Shown here: one piece after another, positions 9,148 to 18,675 of the stretch
Numbering within the stretch: position 1 is the first letter of the stretch
Layout of the letters: every line of letters begins with the position of its first letter
Virus record (IMG/VR): IMGVR_UViG_3300036784_000007
Coordinates: 1 to 30,715 of that record
Origin: a virus
Taxonomy: Duplodnaviria; Caudoviricetes
Length of the DNA: 30,715 bases
Strand: one strand, 5' to 3'
The notes under the pieces: model-generated
The model's database searches: none
Seen by the model: only the letters and a program-made list of their open reading frames with translations
What the model was told of the DNA's origin: nothing
Position numbers and translations under genes: made by a program

Positions 9148-9756
9148 ATGCCCGTGACTGCACCAGTAACGGCTGACAATGTTCTGGAGCTACTTGCTCC
9201 GTCGCCCCGAGTGTCCGGTTCAATCTTGTGGGCTCCGTTGGGCGCAACGCTCCCGACGACCTCGTACGCGACACTCGACGGCACGCCCATCACCGGGTTC
9301 GTTGACCTCGGGTTCGCCGATGAGAACGGGTTGAAGCAGAAGGAAACCCGTTCCACCACAGACGTTTTCGTGTGGGGCGGCGACCTCGCCGGGACGCTTC
9401 AGGACAAGTACGACCGCACGATGATGTTCCGGCTCATGCAGTTCCGCAACGTCGAGGTGCTCAAAGCGTCGTTCGGAATCTCGAACATCTCCGTCGTCGC
9501 GGCGACCACCACGAACGGCAAAGAGATTGCGGTCAAGTTCAATCCGCAACTCCTCGATACCAGGTCGTGGGTCTTCGATGGCTTCTACAACGCCAACCTT
9601 GTGCGCGTCGTGATCCCCATCGGACGGGTTATCACGGTCAACGAAATCGACATGACCCACAAGACGTACATGACCACCGAATGTACGCTGAAGGCTTACC
9701 CCGACAGCAACAAGAATCACGGTTACATGTACATCAACGACGGTGCCCACATATGA
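9148..9756 (+). CDS. Major tail (tube) protein
   Basis: Strong RBS GAAAGGAA; APLGATLPT, LGFADENG, WGGD, IPIGRV and TLKAYPD motifs of mycobacteriophage tail tubes. Confidence 0.92.
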   Translation: MPVTAPVTADNVLELLAPSPRVSGSILWAPLGATLPTTSYATLDGTPITGFVDLGFADENGLKQKETRSTTDVFVWGGDLAGTLQDKYDRTMMFRLMQFRNVEVLKASFGISNISVVAATTTNGKEIAVKFNPQLLDTRSWVFDGFYNANLVRVVIPIGRVITVNEIDMTHKTYMTTECTLKAYPDSNKNHGYMYINDGAHI

Positions 9757-10157
9757 GCGCCGCACTCGCGGAAGACGCTGTGCCGCAGCCGGTTCCGCCC
9801 GTCAAGAAGAAGGGGACGGCGACCAAGAAAACGCCGCCCGCCGAACACGTCGAGCTACCCAAACCAGAGGAGCTTGCGTCCCCGTACCCTAAGGGGACGA
9901 AGCTGTTCACGTACAAGCCGAAGGACGGCGGCGATCCAATCCTGTTGCCGTTGGACGGGTTTGAACGACCCGACAAGGTGTGGCTGTTCGATCTGTCTGA
10001 GCTGCCGGTTCTTTCGCAAACATGGTCGTGGTTGCGAAGGGCTAAGGTGCCCAAGAGTGTTCAGCGTCAGGCGCAGTTCCTTCCTGACCCTGAGTACTTC
10101 GCGATGTTCGACGTGTGGTTTGCAGCCATGAGAGCGGGTGCAACGGCGGGGGAATGA
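9753..10157 (+). CDS. Tail assembly chaperone, short form (true start ATG 9753, not 9372)
   Basis: ATGA overlap with the major tail gene; ends ...GATAGE* at a slippery site. Confidence 0.88.
   Translation: MSAALAEDAVPQPVPPVKKKGTATKKTPPAEHVELPKPEELASPYPKGTKLFTYKPKDGGDPILLPLDGFERPDKVWLFDLSELPVLSQTWSWLRRAKVPKSVQRQAQFLPDPEYFAMFDVWFAAMRAGATAGE
10148..10154 (+). other. Programmed -1 ribosomal frameshift site GGGGGAA
   Basis: GCG GGG GAA TGA at the end of the chaperone ORF; the 10115..10570 ORF is in the -1 frame. This is the standard lambda G/GT-like arrangement. Confidence 0.88.
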
Positions 10158-10570
10158 TTCAGCTCGCTCATGTCATCAGAACTAATTGGCATGCAGTCGA
10201 GCGCGATCTCCTGTCAATGGGCTATCACGCCGACGAAATCGGAACGAGACTCTCTCTGTGGGAACTGGTTTCGGTTGTTGTGGCTTCGCATCCCAACACC
10301 GCTGTTCATTATTGGATGGGCGGTTGGTCGAGGGAAGCTGACATGCTCGCAAGCATGTCTGAGCAGCAAGCCGGATTGCTGGATCTCAGCGGGAGATATC
10401 CACGGCCAGGCGTTGATTCAACACCAGTGCGGCCGATGACCGAGTTTGATATGGCTACGCCGTACAAGGGGATTGCGTTGGAGGCCAACCCTGTTGACGA
10501 ATTCACCGTGAAACTCAAAGAGCGCCAACGACTTGCGCGGGAAGGTGGTAAAGGTGACACACGGGGATAG
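10149..10570 (+). CDS. Tail assembly chaperone, frameshifted C-terminal extension (fusion 9753..10570)
   Basis: -1 frame ORF with WHAVERDLL...LSLWEL...YPRPG pattern, directly before the tape measure gene. Confidence 0.85.
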
Positions 10571-10573
10571 CTC

Positions 10574-13500
10574 GTGACGACACCAGGTCACGGCCAGGAT
10601 ATTAACCTTGCGGCACTATGGATTCCGGTCATGCCGGAAACCTCCCGTATGGGACCGGAGATGCGCAAAGCCGGTGCCACGGCCAAAAGCGAATTCGAGC
10701 AAGGGTTTAACTCCGGTACCTCACCAGAAGCGTTGGGCAGCAACTTCACTGGGAAGCTCCAGCAGACAATCGCCAAGGGAATGCAGAGCTGGGAACTACC
10801 GTTCGGTGCGTCGAAGTACCTCGACCAGTTCTCTAGCGACATAGACACGAAACTCGTAGCGAAGCTACAGGGTGACGCGACAAGGGCACTCCAGAACTAC
10901 AGCAAGGAATACGACAATCTTAGTGCGGCGCAACAACGTTCGTCAAAAGCTGAAGCTGACCTGAACCTGGCGCGTGACAACGGGATCAACAAGGCGTCGG
11001 TTGTGCTGCCGCTCATCCAAGAGCAGGCGAAAGCGCACAACGAGCTAGCTACTCAGACGACCAAAACCGGTGCAGCATACGACGATTACAACGAGAAGAC
11101 GACCAAGCTAACCGCCGCCACCGGGGAAGCGGCGAAAGGCGGCGAGATACTCGCGGGCGTGATGGGTGGCCTCGTAGTCGCTGGCGCACAAGCACTTACG
11201 GGCGCCATCGAGTCCGTCTACGAGTCGATGATTCATGGTGTCATCGAAACATTTCAGACAGGCATAGAGGTCACGAAAGAGCTAGCCGAGAAGTCGGTCG
11301 AGCTGGGAGAGAAGTATGAGAACATTGGGATCCAAATCCATGAATTCTCAAACGCTTCGGGGGAATCGTTCGACAAGCTGGAGAAGTCTGCACAGTCTGT
11401 ATTTTCTACGCTAGACGTGGCCGGTGCCGATACCGGTAAGACGATGGCGCAACTGGCGACCATCCTCAACACGCCCGCCGATACGATAGAAACCTTGGGG
11501 CGTCACGTAATTGAGCTACAGGGCAGGTTCTCCAACCTCAAAGCTACCGACCTCGGAGCTATCTTCGTTGCGTTCAAAACGCCTGCGCAAGAGACTGATT
11601 CAGTTCTAGCATCGTTGGCGCAGAGCGCACGCGGCGCAGGCCAGGGCCTCGGGGACCTCACGTCAGCGTTAAGTGGTGACGCCGCAATCACATTGGCTGA
11701 AGCCGGAATGAGCATCAAGCAGGCCGGTGCCTTCACGGCGGACCTGCTGAAGATGGGCGCCGCTGGCCGACCCGTCATGATGGGTCTACAGGCCGCCATG
11801 AAAGAGTTTGGTAAGGAAGGACTTTCGTTCGGCGAAGGCATGCAGCTCGCGGGTCAACGTCTAAAAGAGTTGGGGGACACCGCCGCTGGACAAGACTTGG
11901 CAGAGACTTTGTTCGGTACACGCCGCTGGACGGTAGCGATGAAGGCCGTGCAAGACTATGTGGACGTAATGGGCGCTGCGCCAGCCACATTCGATGCTAG
12001 CACGCAGAGTCTCGAACAGTTCCTCGCCAGTACCGAGACGATGGAAAACAAGTGGGAACTTGTTAAGCACAGGGTCGAGGATGCGTTTAAGCCGTTGGGC
12101 GCGGCAGCGTTGGGACTTGTTGGCAAGGGCCTAGATGCGCTTGTGGGCGGCGTCAACACACACATGGATCAGATCAAACACGCCGTGCAAATCGGCGGCG
12201 CGTACATCATTCAAATCGCCGCTGACTTAGAGCAATTCGCTATCGGTGTGCTGAATTTCTTTGCGCCCGTTGCCGATGGCGTGACAACTTTCCTCGGGAC
12301 AATGATCGAAGGCGTAGCCGGGTTCCTCGGCGGCATCGGCCAGATGATCCAATTCATTCCCGGCATGGGAGATCTCGGCAAGAACCTAGTTAACGCCAGC
12401 CAAGCAGCGTTCGACATGGGCCACAAACTCTCCGACCTAAAAGTCGGTGACGGCATGCACGACATAGCCAATTGGCTTGAGCAGCATCAGATTAACGTCG
12501 GGGATGCTACGCAGAAGTGGACCGACTATTGGACTGAAGCTAGCGGCCAGAACGCCCCACCAATGGTGGGCGGCGCAGCGAGTGGTGGGCAGTCAACGCT
12601 AGGTGCTGTTGCGCCTGGGGGTCCGCCAATTGGCCCTGGCGGCTCGTTACCAGGTGGCGCGCCAAGCGGTTTCAGCGTCGGCAGCGGTGCCGCTGCGACC
12701 GACAGTAGCCAAAAGGTAATGGCCCAAACCATTTTCGCCGCTGTTAAGTCTGCTGGCTACAGCGACCAGACTGCTATCACGGCCGTTGCGGCAGCGATGA
12801 AAGAGTCGAGTCTCGACCCCAATAATCCTAATAACCCCAACCACTTTGGGCTATTTCAGGAGACGGCCGACAAGCCACACGGCAGCGTGGGCGAGCAGAT
12901 CCGATGGTTCATCAACGCACTCAACGCACTTGGTGGCCCGAAGGTGGTTGACGGCAATCCTGCTGACTTTATCGCGGGGAAAGGTGTTGAAGACGGCGGA
13001 TATTCGGGTAGCGCATTCGACGTTGCCGGGGCTCGCAAGATCCTCGGCATGCAGAAGGGCGGCTACCCGATAACCACGGGTAGCGGCAACGGCGACGATG
13101 TACCAGCGTTACTCGGCAAGGGCGAATACGTTTGGGACACAGACACAATGAGCAAATGGGGATGGCTCATCAGTTCACTGCACAACGGAGATATAAAACA
13201 GTTCGGCCAGGGCGGCGACGTTGGCGGCGTCTCTCAGGTTATCTGGTCAGACTTGGAAGATCCTACCGTACAGGCGGCGCACGGTGACGCGGGCATCGGC
13301 GTCCTTCACGGCGCACCAGCTTCGGGCGGACCTGGCTCGACCTACAGCGACGAAACCAACGCTGGCGGACAGGGTTTCAGCGGTCATCATGGTCACGTCC
13401 ACACCACGTTCAACCGTGACCCGTTCACCGGCGCACCGTACAACCAAGTGCCAGCGGGCACGAATACCGCTGCGGGAGAATGGAGTGCGTTCCCGCCGTG

Positions 13501-14725
13501 GGTCAAGCAGCTCGGCGACATGTACGGCTTGGACGCCAAAACGTATGCGGGACACCAGGAGTGGGACGGCGCTAACCACGGCATCGACTGGTACCCGCGA
13601 GGCAAGCAAGACATGTCCGGACAGAGCTACACACACCAGGACAACCAAACGCTTAACAACTTCGCCAACGCAGCGATAGCCGTTGGCACCGGCCAAATGC
13701 AAGGCTTTCAGGGCGGTCTGGGGTCATCCACCCTCCCCGACGTTGGTAGCGGACCAGGGTCGATCCCAAGGGGCAGTAAAGGCATGCCAGGACTGCCGGG
13801 CCTACCGGGGCAGTACGGTGGCTATGGTGCGTACGGTGGCGAGACGGCCGACCAGGCATACCAAGCGCAGCAAGCGGTGCAGTCCGCGAAGGACACGGCG
13901 TCGAATCAAGATTGGGATATTCAGCAGCACCAGAAGAAGATTGACGACCTGAAGAAACAGATCGCTGACGTGAACGCGCCCACGATGGGCAAGCTGGGTG
14001 TGATGGTGCCGCCCGACCCGTCCAAGCAGGCGGAGCGCGACAAGAAAACTCAGACCTTACAGAACGAATTAGATATTGCCACACACGAATTGACGGTTTC
14101 CCAGCGTAGCCGTTCTGAACAGGACGGCAAAATCGCGGAAGCGGAACGCAAGCAGCAAGAAGACATGTACAAATCTCCCAAAGGTCTTACAGCCCAACCT
14201 GTTACGGGTGAGAAGGAATTTCAGACGTTGGGTAGTGGACTGCTTAAGGGGCTGGGTCAGGAGATCGGCCTTGGTGATGTGTTCAAGAAGTCGCCGCTCG
14301 ACTGGGGAATCGTGAAACTGCTTGGCGGATTTGCCAATTGGGGTTTGAGCACAGCCAACGCGTGGGCCGACGAGATCGGTGCGGGACATACCGGAATGAC
14401 CGGAGGGCAGCCGATACCGGGATGGGATCAGCCAGGCGGCGGCGGCGCAAACCTGATTTCGGGTCTGGCTAGCAGCTTCGGCGTCAGAGTTCCCAAGAAC
14501 ATCACAAACCCTCCTCAGTACCCGAATCAGGTTGCGACACAACCACCGGGACCGTTCGGCGCACCGACAGGGCCAGCGCCAGGACCACCGAACATATACA
14601 ACGACAATTCGATCAACGTGTCGTCCGACGTGAGCGACACGAAGGTGCTCGGACCCATACAGGAACAGGCAAACGCAAGCAACGGAGCATCATTCACTAA
14701 CAGTTCGGGGTTCCAGCCACAATGA
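10574..14725 (+). CDS. Tape measure protein with C-terminal cell-wall-hydrolase-like domains
   Basis: Longest ORF, follows the chaperone; Ala/Gly-rich helical body; lysozyme-fold-like motif AMKESSLDP...GLFQ (~12790-12860); GDDVPALLGKGEYV motif; His-rich peptidase-like segment (~13230-13680). Confidence 0.95.
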   Translation: MTTPGHGQDINLAALWIPVMPETSRMGPEMRKAGATAKSEFEQGFNSGTSPEALGSNFTGKLQQTIAKGMQSWELPFGASKYLDQFSSDIDTKLVAKLQGDATRALQNYSKEYDNLSAAQQRSSKAEADLNLARDNGINKASVVLPLIQEQAKAHNELATQTTKTGAAYDDYNEKTTKLTAATGEAAKGGEILAGVMGGLVVAGAQALTGAIESVYESMIHGVIETFQTGIEVTKELAEKSVELGEKYENIGIQIHEFSNASGESFDKLEKSAQSVFSTLDVAGADTGKTMAQLATILNTPADTIETLGRHVIELQGRFSNLKATDLGAIFVAFKTPAQETDSVLASLAQSARGAGQGLGDLTSALSGDAAITLAEAGMSIKQAGAFTADLLKMGAAGRPVMMGLQAAMKEFGKEGLSFGEGMQLAGQRLKELGDTAAGQDLAETLFGTRRWTVAMKAVQDYVDVMGAAPATFDASTQSLEQFLASTETMENKWELVKHRVEDAFKPLGAAALGLVGKGLDALVGGVNTHMDQIKHAVQIGGAYIIQIAADLEQFAIGVLNFFAPVADGVTTFLGTMIEGVAGFLGGIGQMIQFIPGMGDLGKNLVNASQAAFDMGHKLSDLKVGDGMHDIANWLEQHQINVGDATQKWTDYWTEASGQNAPPMVGGAASGGQSTLGAVAPGGPPIGPGGSLPGGAPSGFSVGSGAAATDSSQKVMAQTIFAAVKSAGYSDQTAITAVAAAMKESSLDPNNPNNPNHFGLFQETADKPHGSVGEQIRWFINALNALGGPKVVDGNPADFIAGKGVEDGGYSGSAFDVAGARKILGMQKGGYPITTGSGNGDDVPALLGKGEYVWDTDTMSKWGWLISSLHNGDIKQFGQGGDVGGVSQVIWSDLEDPTVQAAHGDAGIGVLHGAPASGGPGSTYSDETNAGGQGFSGHHGHVHTTFNRDPFTGAPYNQVPAGTNTAAGEWSAFPPWVKQLGDMYGLDAKTYAGHQEWDGANHGIDWYPRGKQDMSGQSYTHQDNQTLNNFANAAIAVGTGQMQGFQGGLGSSTLPDVGSGPGSIPRGSKGMPGLPGLPGQYGGYGAYGGETADQAYQAQQAVQSAKDTASNQDWDIQQHQKKIDDLKKQIADVNAPTMGKLGVMVPPDPSKQAERDKKTQTLQNELDIATHELTVSQRSRSEQDGKIAEAERKQQEDMYKSPKGLTAQPVTGEKEFQTLGSGLLKGLGQEIGLGDVFKKSPLDWGIVKLLGGFANWGLSTANAWADEIGAGHTGMTGGQPIPGWDQPGGGGANLISGLASSFGVRVPKNITNPPQYPNQVATQPPGPFGAPTGPAPGPPNIYNDNSINVSSDVSDTKVLGPIQEQANASNGASFTNSSGFQPQ

Positions 14726-15789
14726 CTCAAGCCATCCCAATCCCAAGCAAACCGCTGATAAACATACCGTCAGCCGATTACCTGCGGCCGGAATTGCTTG
14801 CCACATATGAACATATCGAAGATGTACCGTACCCGTTGCAGGCGATGGAAACCGTCATGGTCTTCATCGACAACGCGGGCAACGTCACACACCTCAACGG
14901 ACCACTAGCCGGTCGAGAAGGCGTACGCCTGCACCAGAACCTACAAGGCGAACAACACCTGTTCTTCGAGCAAGTGCTAACAGAGTCGGCGTACCAATTC
15001 GGCGCCACCATCGAACGCGTGAATTACCTTGCGCGCAAAATCAATATGCGCGTGTACATAGGCCGACCCGGCATGAACAACATCACCTACCGTGCATGCG
15101 AAGACCGGTGGTGGGCAGGGCAAGACGAGATAAATGGCGGATGGTTCGGCGTGTTCACTCGTTACTCTGGCTGGCGGTGGATACAGGTGTGGCCCATGAA
15201 AACCGTTGAGACAACACAGAAAATGGATCCCGTAGCCTACGACAACAACCAAGCCGTCTGGGACATCAACTGGATTTCGCCGATACCGTACTACAGCACA
15301 CCAGCTTTCATGACCGACCCGTGGCTCGCCCGCAAGGCAGGCGCTCCCGACAAAGACGGCTTTTATCATGGGACACTTGCGATTCCGAACATGGCCGACA
15401 TCGGCAGCTACGTCGAATACCTGCTCACCGACTGCGCGGGCGAAGTGTGGGTGCAGGACAACATCGGTGACCGTAGCGTGCAAGTCAACCCCATCTACGA
15501 CACTGACGGACAGGTCACTGTCGACACCGATCCGACACGCAAAACCCTTGTGTCCGAGAACGATCCGCACCCCGACGAATTCTACAAATTGCTACGCGCA
15601 ACCGGGCTCGTTAACTTCCTACTCTCACCATCGGCCACCCTGTCAAGCGAACCGATATGGCTTAGGCAGTACATCAGGTTCCTGTACCCGGTGCCCCCGA
15701 AAACCATTGCGCACCTTCATGTTAAGGCCAGCAACCCTGACGCGCAGATCGTCGCGAAGCTGACGCAGCGTTGGAAGCGGTCACGATGA
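14722..15789 (+). CDS. Minor tail protein (distal-tail-like)
   Basis: First gene after the tape measure; AGREGV, ESAYQFGAT, TRYSGWRW and VDTDP motifs; ends QRWKRSR. Confidence 0.88.
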   Translation: MTQAIPIPSKPLINIPSADYLRPELLATYEHIEDVPYPLQAMETVMVFIDNAGNVTHLNGPLAGREGVRLHQNLQGEQHLFFEQVLTESAYQFGATIERVNYLARKINMRVYIGRPGMNNITYRACEDRWWAGQDEINGGWFGVFTRYSGWRWIQVWPMKTVETTQKMDPVAYDNNQAVWDINWISPIPYYSTPAFMTDPWLARKAGAPDKDGFYHGTLAIPNMADIGSYVEYLLTDCAGEVWVQDNIGDRSVQVNPIYDTDGQVTVDTDPTRKTLVSENDPHPDEFYKLLRATGLVNFLLSPSATLSSEPIWLRQYIRFLYPVPPKTIAHLHVKASNPDAQIVAKLTQRWKRSR

Positions 15790-17708
15790 CCGAGACCCTG
15801 TTTGGCTTGCCGCTCAACCCTATTGACGCGTTGATCGCTGAGCAGCCCGTCCACTTCTCGAACATATGGAATAACCCGCTCGGCCAGCCGTTGTTCGCGG
15901 AGAACGGTGTGAACGGATGCCCTGATGGGAAACTGAATCCTGTTGGCGCATTTAACTATATCCGCAACAAGCGGACCATGATCGAGAAGGCGGCGCAGCA
16001 ACGTCCGCTATTCCGCTTGGCGGACAAGGACTTAAACCTCGTGGGTGATCTGACCGGCGAAATGTCGGCAGAGTTCGAGGAACTGATGATGGACTCCGGT
16101 ACAGCGAGATACGTTGTCCGGTACGACAATTGGCTTGTCGACTACATCGTGAACCTGACACGGGTCGAGGAAGATCTTCACCTCCTCATCGACAAAGATC
16201 CGCTGAACGCCAACGACGCACGCAAGCGTTGGGGCGGCAAGATACACACTATCAACATTCAGCGTCACGCTGATGGCACGAGTACCGTTGAGCTGCTTGC
16301 ACTTTCAAATCGCGAGCATGCCAAAAAACTGCTCTACGCGGCGTCACCGTTCCTGCCACCGGAGATCCAGCTACCCAAGATGTGGATCATGCCGGGACCG
16401 ATCCGCACAGTGCTGTTCATGTCCGGAATGGTAAACCTTGCAAGGCTTTTCGTGCCGGGACTGTCGTTCATCACGAACATGTTCAACCCCGCGTCGTGGC
16501 TCGACCCACTCTCGGCGGACTCGCTATTCCAGGTCAACCCGCTCGACTGGCCTATACAGATGGCCTTCGTGAATCCTGTTACGGATACATCGAATTGGAC
16601 CGTACTGGGCGCGACGTGGACAGACTGGCACAGCGCGACCGGCGACATGCTAAAAGACGCTGGCGTAATGATGCGCGTCTACACGTACCTTGTGGGCGAC
16701 ATATGGAATCCGTACGAGGAACTGACCGACTTGCTTGGTCTGAGTCAATTGACTCAGATCGCCAATGCTGTTGTTAAGCCTAATCGTAACTGTGTAATTT
16801 TCAGATTCGAGGATAAGAGCGGCCATTCTGGACCGACCGGTACAGCATGGGATGGGCTGCTCAACGTGATCGGCGTGTCGCTCGATGACCTGTTCTCCAG
16901 CACGCTAGTCAATGCCAGCACCGGGTTATCTCTTGACGGCGAACCAGTTTTCGAGGTCGGCGGTCAAAACTTCCCCATCCTCGAATCATTATTCGGCACG
17001 GCTCCCCCTGTCCCTAAAGTGATTTGGCGCGAAGGACAGTTCACCGCAATAGTCGACGCGACCCACACACTGCACAAGGGCAGTCCCCGAACGGTGATGA
17101 CAGGATCCCGTAGCCCGACGCTTGTAAACGAACTTCAGACCTTCGGGATTAAGTATGGCTTAAGCCAATTGAGCGCATTGATAAACGTCGCCATCGGCAC
17201 GTTCGTCAACACGGCGTACCAAGCTCCGCTGACTACAGGCTTAGACTCGCTATATCAAAATCAGCTAGACAACACACTTTTCGCATGGGAACGCTACACA
17301 GATCCGTTGCGCGCCTTGTGGAATGGTGATCTGACGTATCAAGAGATATTTGAGCGTGGGTCGTCCACCGCTTACACTCTTTCGGGATTCCTAACGTTAA
17401 ACTCGGCGCTGTTCAAGACGAAAGCATTCCAAGGTTTCCAAGCTACCGTACGCAACGGTCACCCGTGGACGATTGACGAAGACACAGAATTGGGCGACCG
17501 CAACGCTTTTGAGTTCGACGGCGTCCTCTACGTCGATCAGATCTACGGCGACAAGCGCAAGGTCGACCGCAAGACGGGCCTACTCGCAACGCTGACAATC
17601 GGTGACAACAAAGCGAAGGCAGACCCGATGGAGCGCACCATGAGAGCGGTGCAAGGTCTGTACACTATGTTCGGCGCGTTCCTCGGAGAAGGGTTGCTAT
17701 TCGGATGA
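15786..17708 (+). CDS. Minor tail protein (baseplate-hub-like); start ATG 15786
   Basis: ATGA overlap; RLADKD, RWGGKI, PFLPPEIQLPK, GSRSP, QLDNTLFAW and YVDQI motifs of the conserved second mycobacteriophage minor tail protein. Confidence 0.9.
   Translation: MTETLFGLPLNPIDALIAEQPVHFSNIWNNPLGQPLFAENGVNGCPDGKLNPVGAFNYIRNKRTMIEKAAQQRPLFRLADKDLNLVGDLTGEMSAEFEELMMDSGTARYVVRYDNWLVDYIVNLTRVEEDLHLLIDKDPLNANDARKRWGGKIHTINIQRHADGTSTVELLALSNREHAKKLLYAASPFLPPEIQLPKMWIMPGPIRTVLFMSGMVNLARLFVPGLSFITNMFNPASWLDPLSADSLFQVNPLDWPIQMAFVNPVTDTSNWTVLGATWTDWHSATGDMLKDAGVMMRVYTYLVGDIWNPYEELTDLLGLSQLTQIANAVVKPNRNCVIFRFEDKSGHSGPTGTAWDGLLNVIGVSLDDLFSSTLVNASTGLSLDGEPVFEVGGQNFPILESLFGTAPPVPKVIWREGQFTAIVDATHTLHKGSPRTVMTGSRSPTLVNELQTFGIKYGLSQLSALINVAIGTFVNTAYQAPLTTGLDSLYQNQLDNTLFAWERYTDPLRALWNGDLTYQEIFERGSSTAYTLSGFLTLNSALFKTKAFQGFQATVRNGHPWTIDEDTELGDRNAFEFDGVLYVDQIYGDKRKVDRKTGLLATLTIGDNKAKADPMERTMRAVQGLYTMFGAFLGEGLLFG
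16740..16757. promoter_or_regulatory. Palindromic site copy 3: CTGAGTCA-AT-TGACTCAG
   Basis: Perfect 20-bp palindrome at 16739-16758, inside the minor tail CDS. Confidence 0.8.
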
Positions 17709-18394
17709 GAATTGGTGTGGTGGCTCACGAGAGCCGAAAGGCTATGGCGGACAGGCTTGTACATGACGTGGCAGCCGAGGTCGTCAGCGTAGACGACGGC
17801 AACGGCTACATCGCTAATCCGGTTAAAGCCTGCGCGGACAACCACATTCGGGCGCTCACATTGCTGTGGCAGGGACCGCGAGCCGATTGGGTCGTCGTAT
17901 TGGAGGACGACGCGCAGCCGGTGCCTAACTTCCGCCATCACGTATCCGTTGCGCTGCAATGGGCCGAAACATCAATAGTGGGACTGTATCTCGGTACCGG
18001 CAACCCGAACGGTCCAACACAGCAGGCCATCATTCCGGCCGTCAGGGAAGCTGACGACGTGGACATACCGTGGATCGTCGGGGACTGGTTCATCTCTACC
18101 GTAGGGTACGCCGTGCGTTGGGAATGCTTACCGTACCTGATCGAAACTTTGTCGGAACTTGTTGGGCCAATTGACAATCGGATCAATACTTGGACCCACA
18201 TGGTTGACCTGCCGACCTGGTACACGCAGCCGTCGCTAGTCGACCACGAAGACGGCCCATCGGTTATCAGTTCGCCAGGCATACCGAACTATGAAAACAT
18301 CAAAACACGAAGGCGCGCACACCGATTCGGTACCCGCTCCGAATGGGGCTCTCGCACAGTGAAACTCGGCTACGCGGAAGGTTGGAGCCGATGA
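17705..18394 (+). CDS. Glycosyltransferase (GT-A fold, GT25-like)
   Basis: IGVVAHxSR N-terminus, NH..A, WVVVLEDDA metal-binding motif, STVGYAV, PID and PSLVDHEDGPS motifs; ATGA-coupled on both sides. Confidence 0.85.
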   Translation: MRIGVVAHESRKAMADRLVHDVAAEVVSVDDGNGYIANPVKACADNHIRALTLLWQGPRADWVVVLEDDAQPVPNFRHHVSVALQWAETSIVGLYLGTGNPNGPTQQAIIPAVREADDVDIPWIVGDWFISTVGYAVRWECLPYLIETLSELVGPIDNRINTWTHMVDLPTWYTQPSLVDHEDGPSVISSPGIPNYENIKTRRRAHRFGTRSEWGSRTVKLGYAEGWSR

Positions 18395-18675
18395 GTAAGC
18401 GAAAGATTCAGCGCAACAACAACTTACATTTGTTAGACGGTCAACAGTTGGAGGCGTTGGGTCAGTTTCAGAAGGATTTCAAACAGGCCATGCCACATAT
18501 GCAGGCGATGGCGAGGGCGGCACAAGAGTTGCGGGACGCGATGGTTCACGCGCCGCTGTGGCGTGTCATCGAGGCAGAGAAACCCGAAGACGCCGAGGAA
18601 CCAGAGGTGTGGTCGGTGGGTCACGCGCAAGTCAACTATGTCGACAGCATTAAAACCGAAGGGACACAAGGATAA
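18391..18675 (+). CDS. Hypothetical protein, 94 aa (start ATG 18391)
   Basis: GGAG RBS; ATGA overlap with the glycosyltransferase and TAATG overlap with the next gene. Confidence 0.75.
   Translation: MSKRKIQRNNNLHLLDGQQLEALGQFQKDFKQAMPHMQAMARAAQELRDAMVHAPLWRVIEAEKPEDAEEPEVWSVGHAQVNYVDSIKTEGTQG

Noticed and set aside
9372-9752. 5' extension of the 261-aa ORF 9372..10157
   Set aside because: It overlaps the major tail gene in another frame and reads as Arg-rich shadow sequence. The ATGA-coupled start at 9753 gives a normal chaperone.
10148-10154. Tail chaperone frameshift as a novelty
   Set aside because: Standard feature of long-tailed phages; listed as a feature only.
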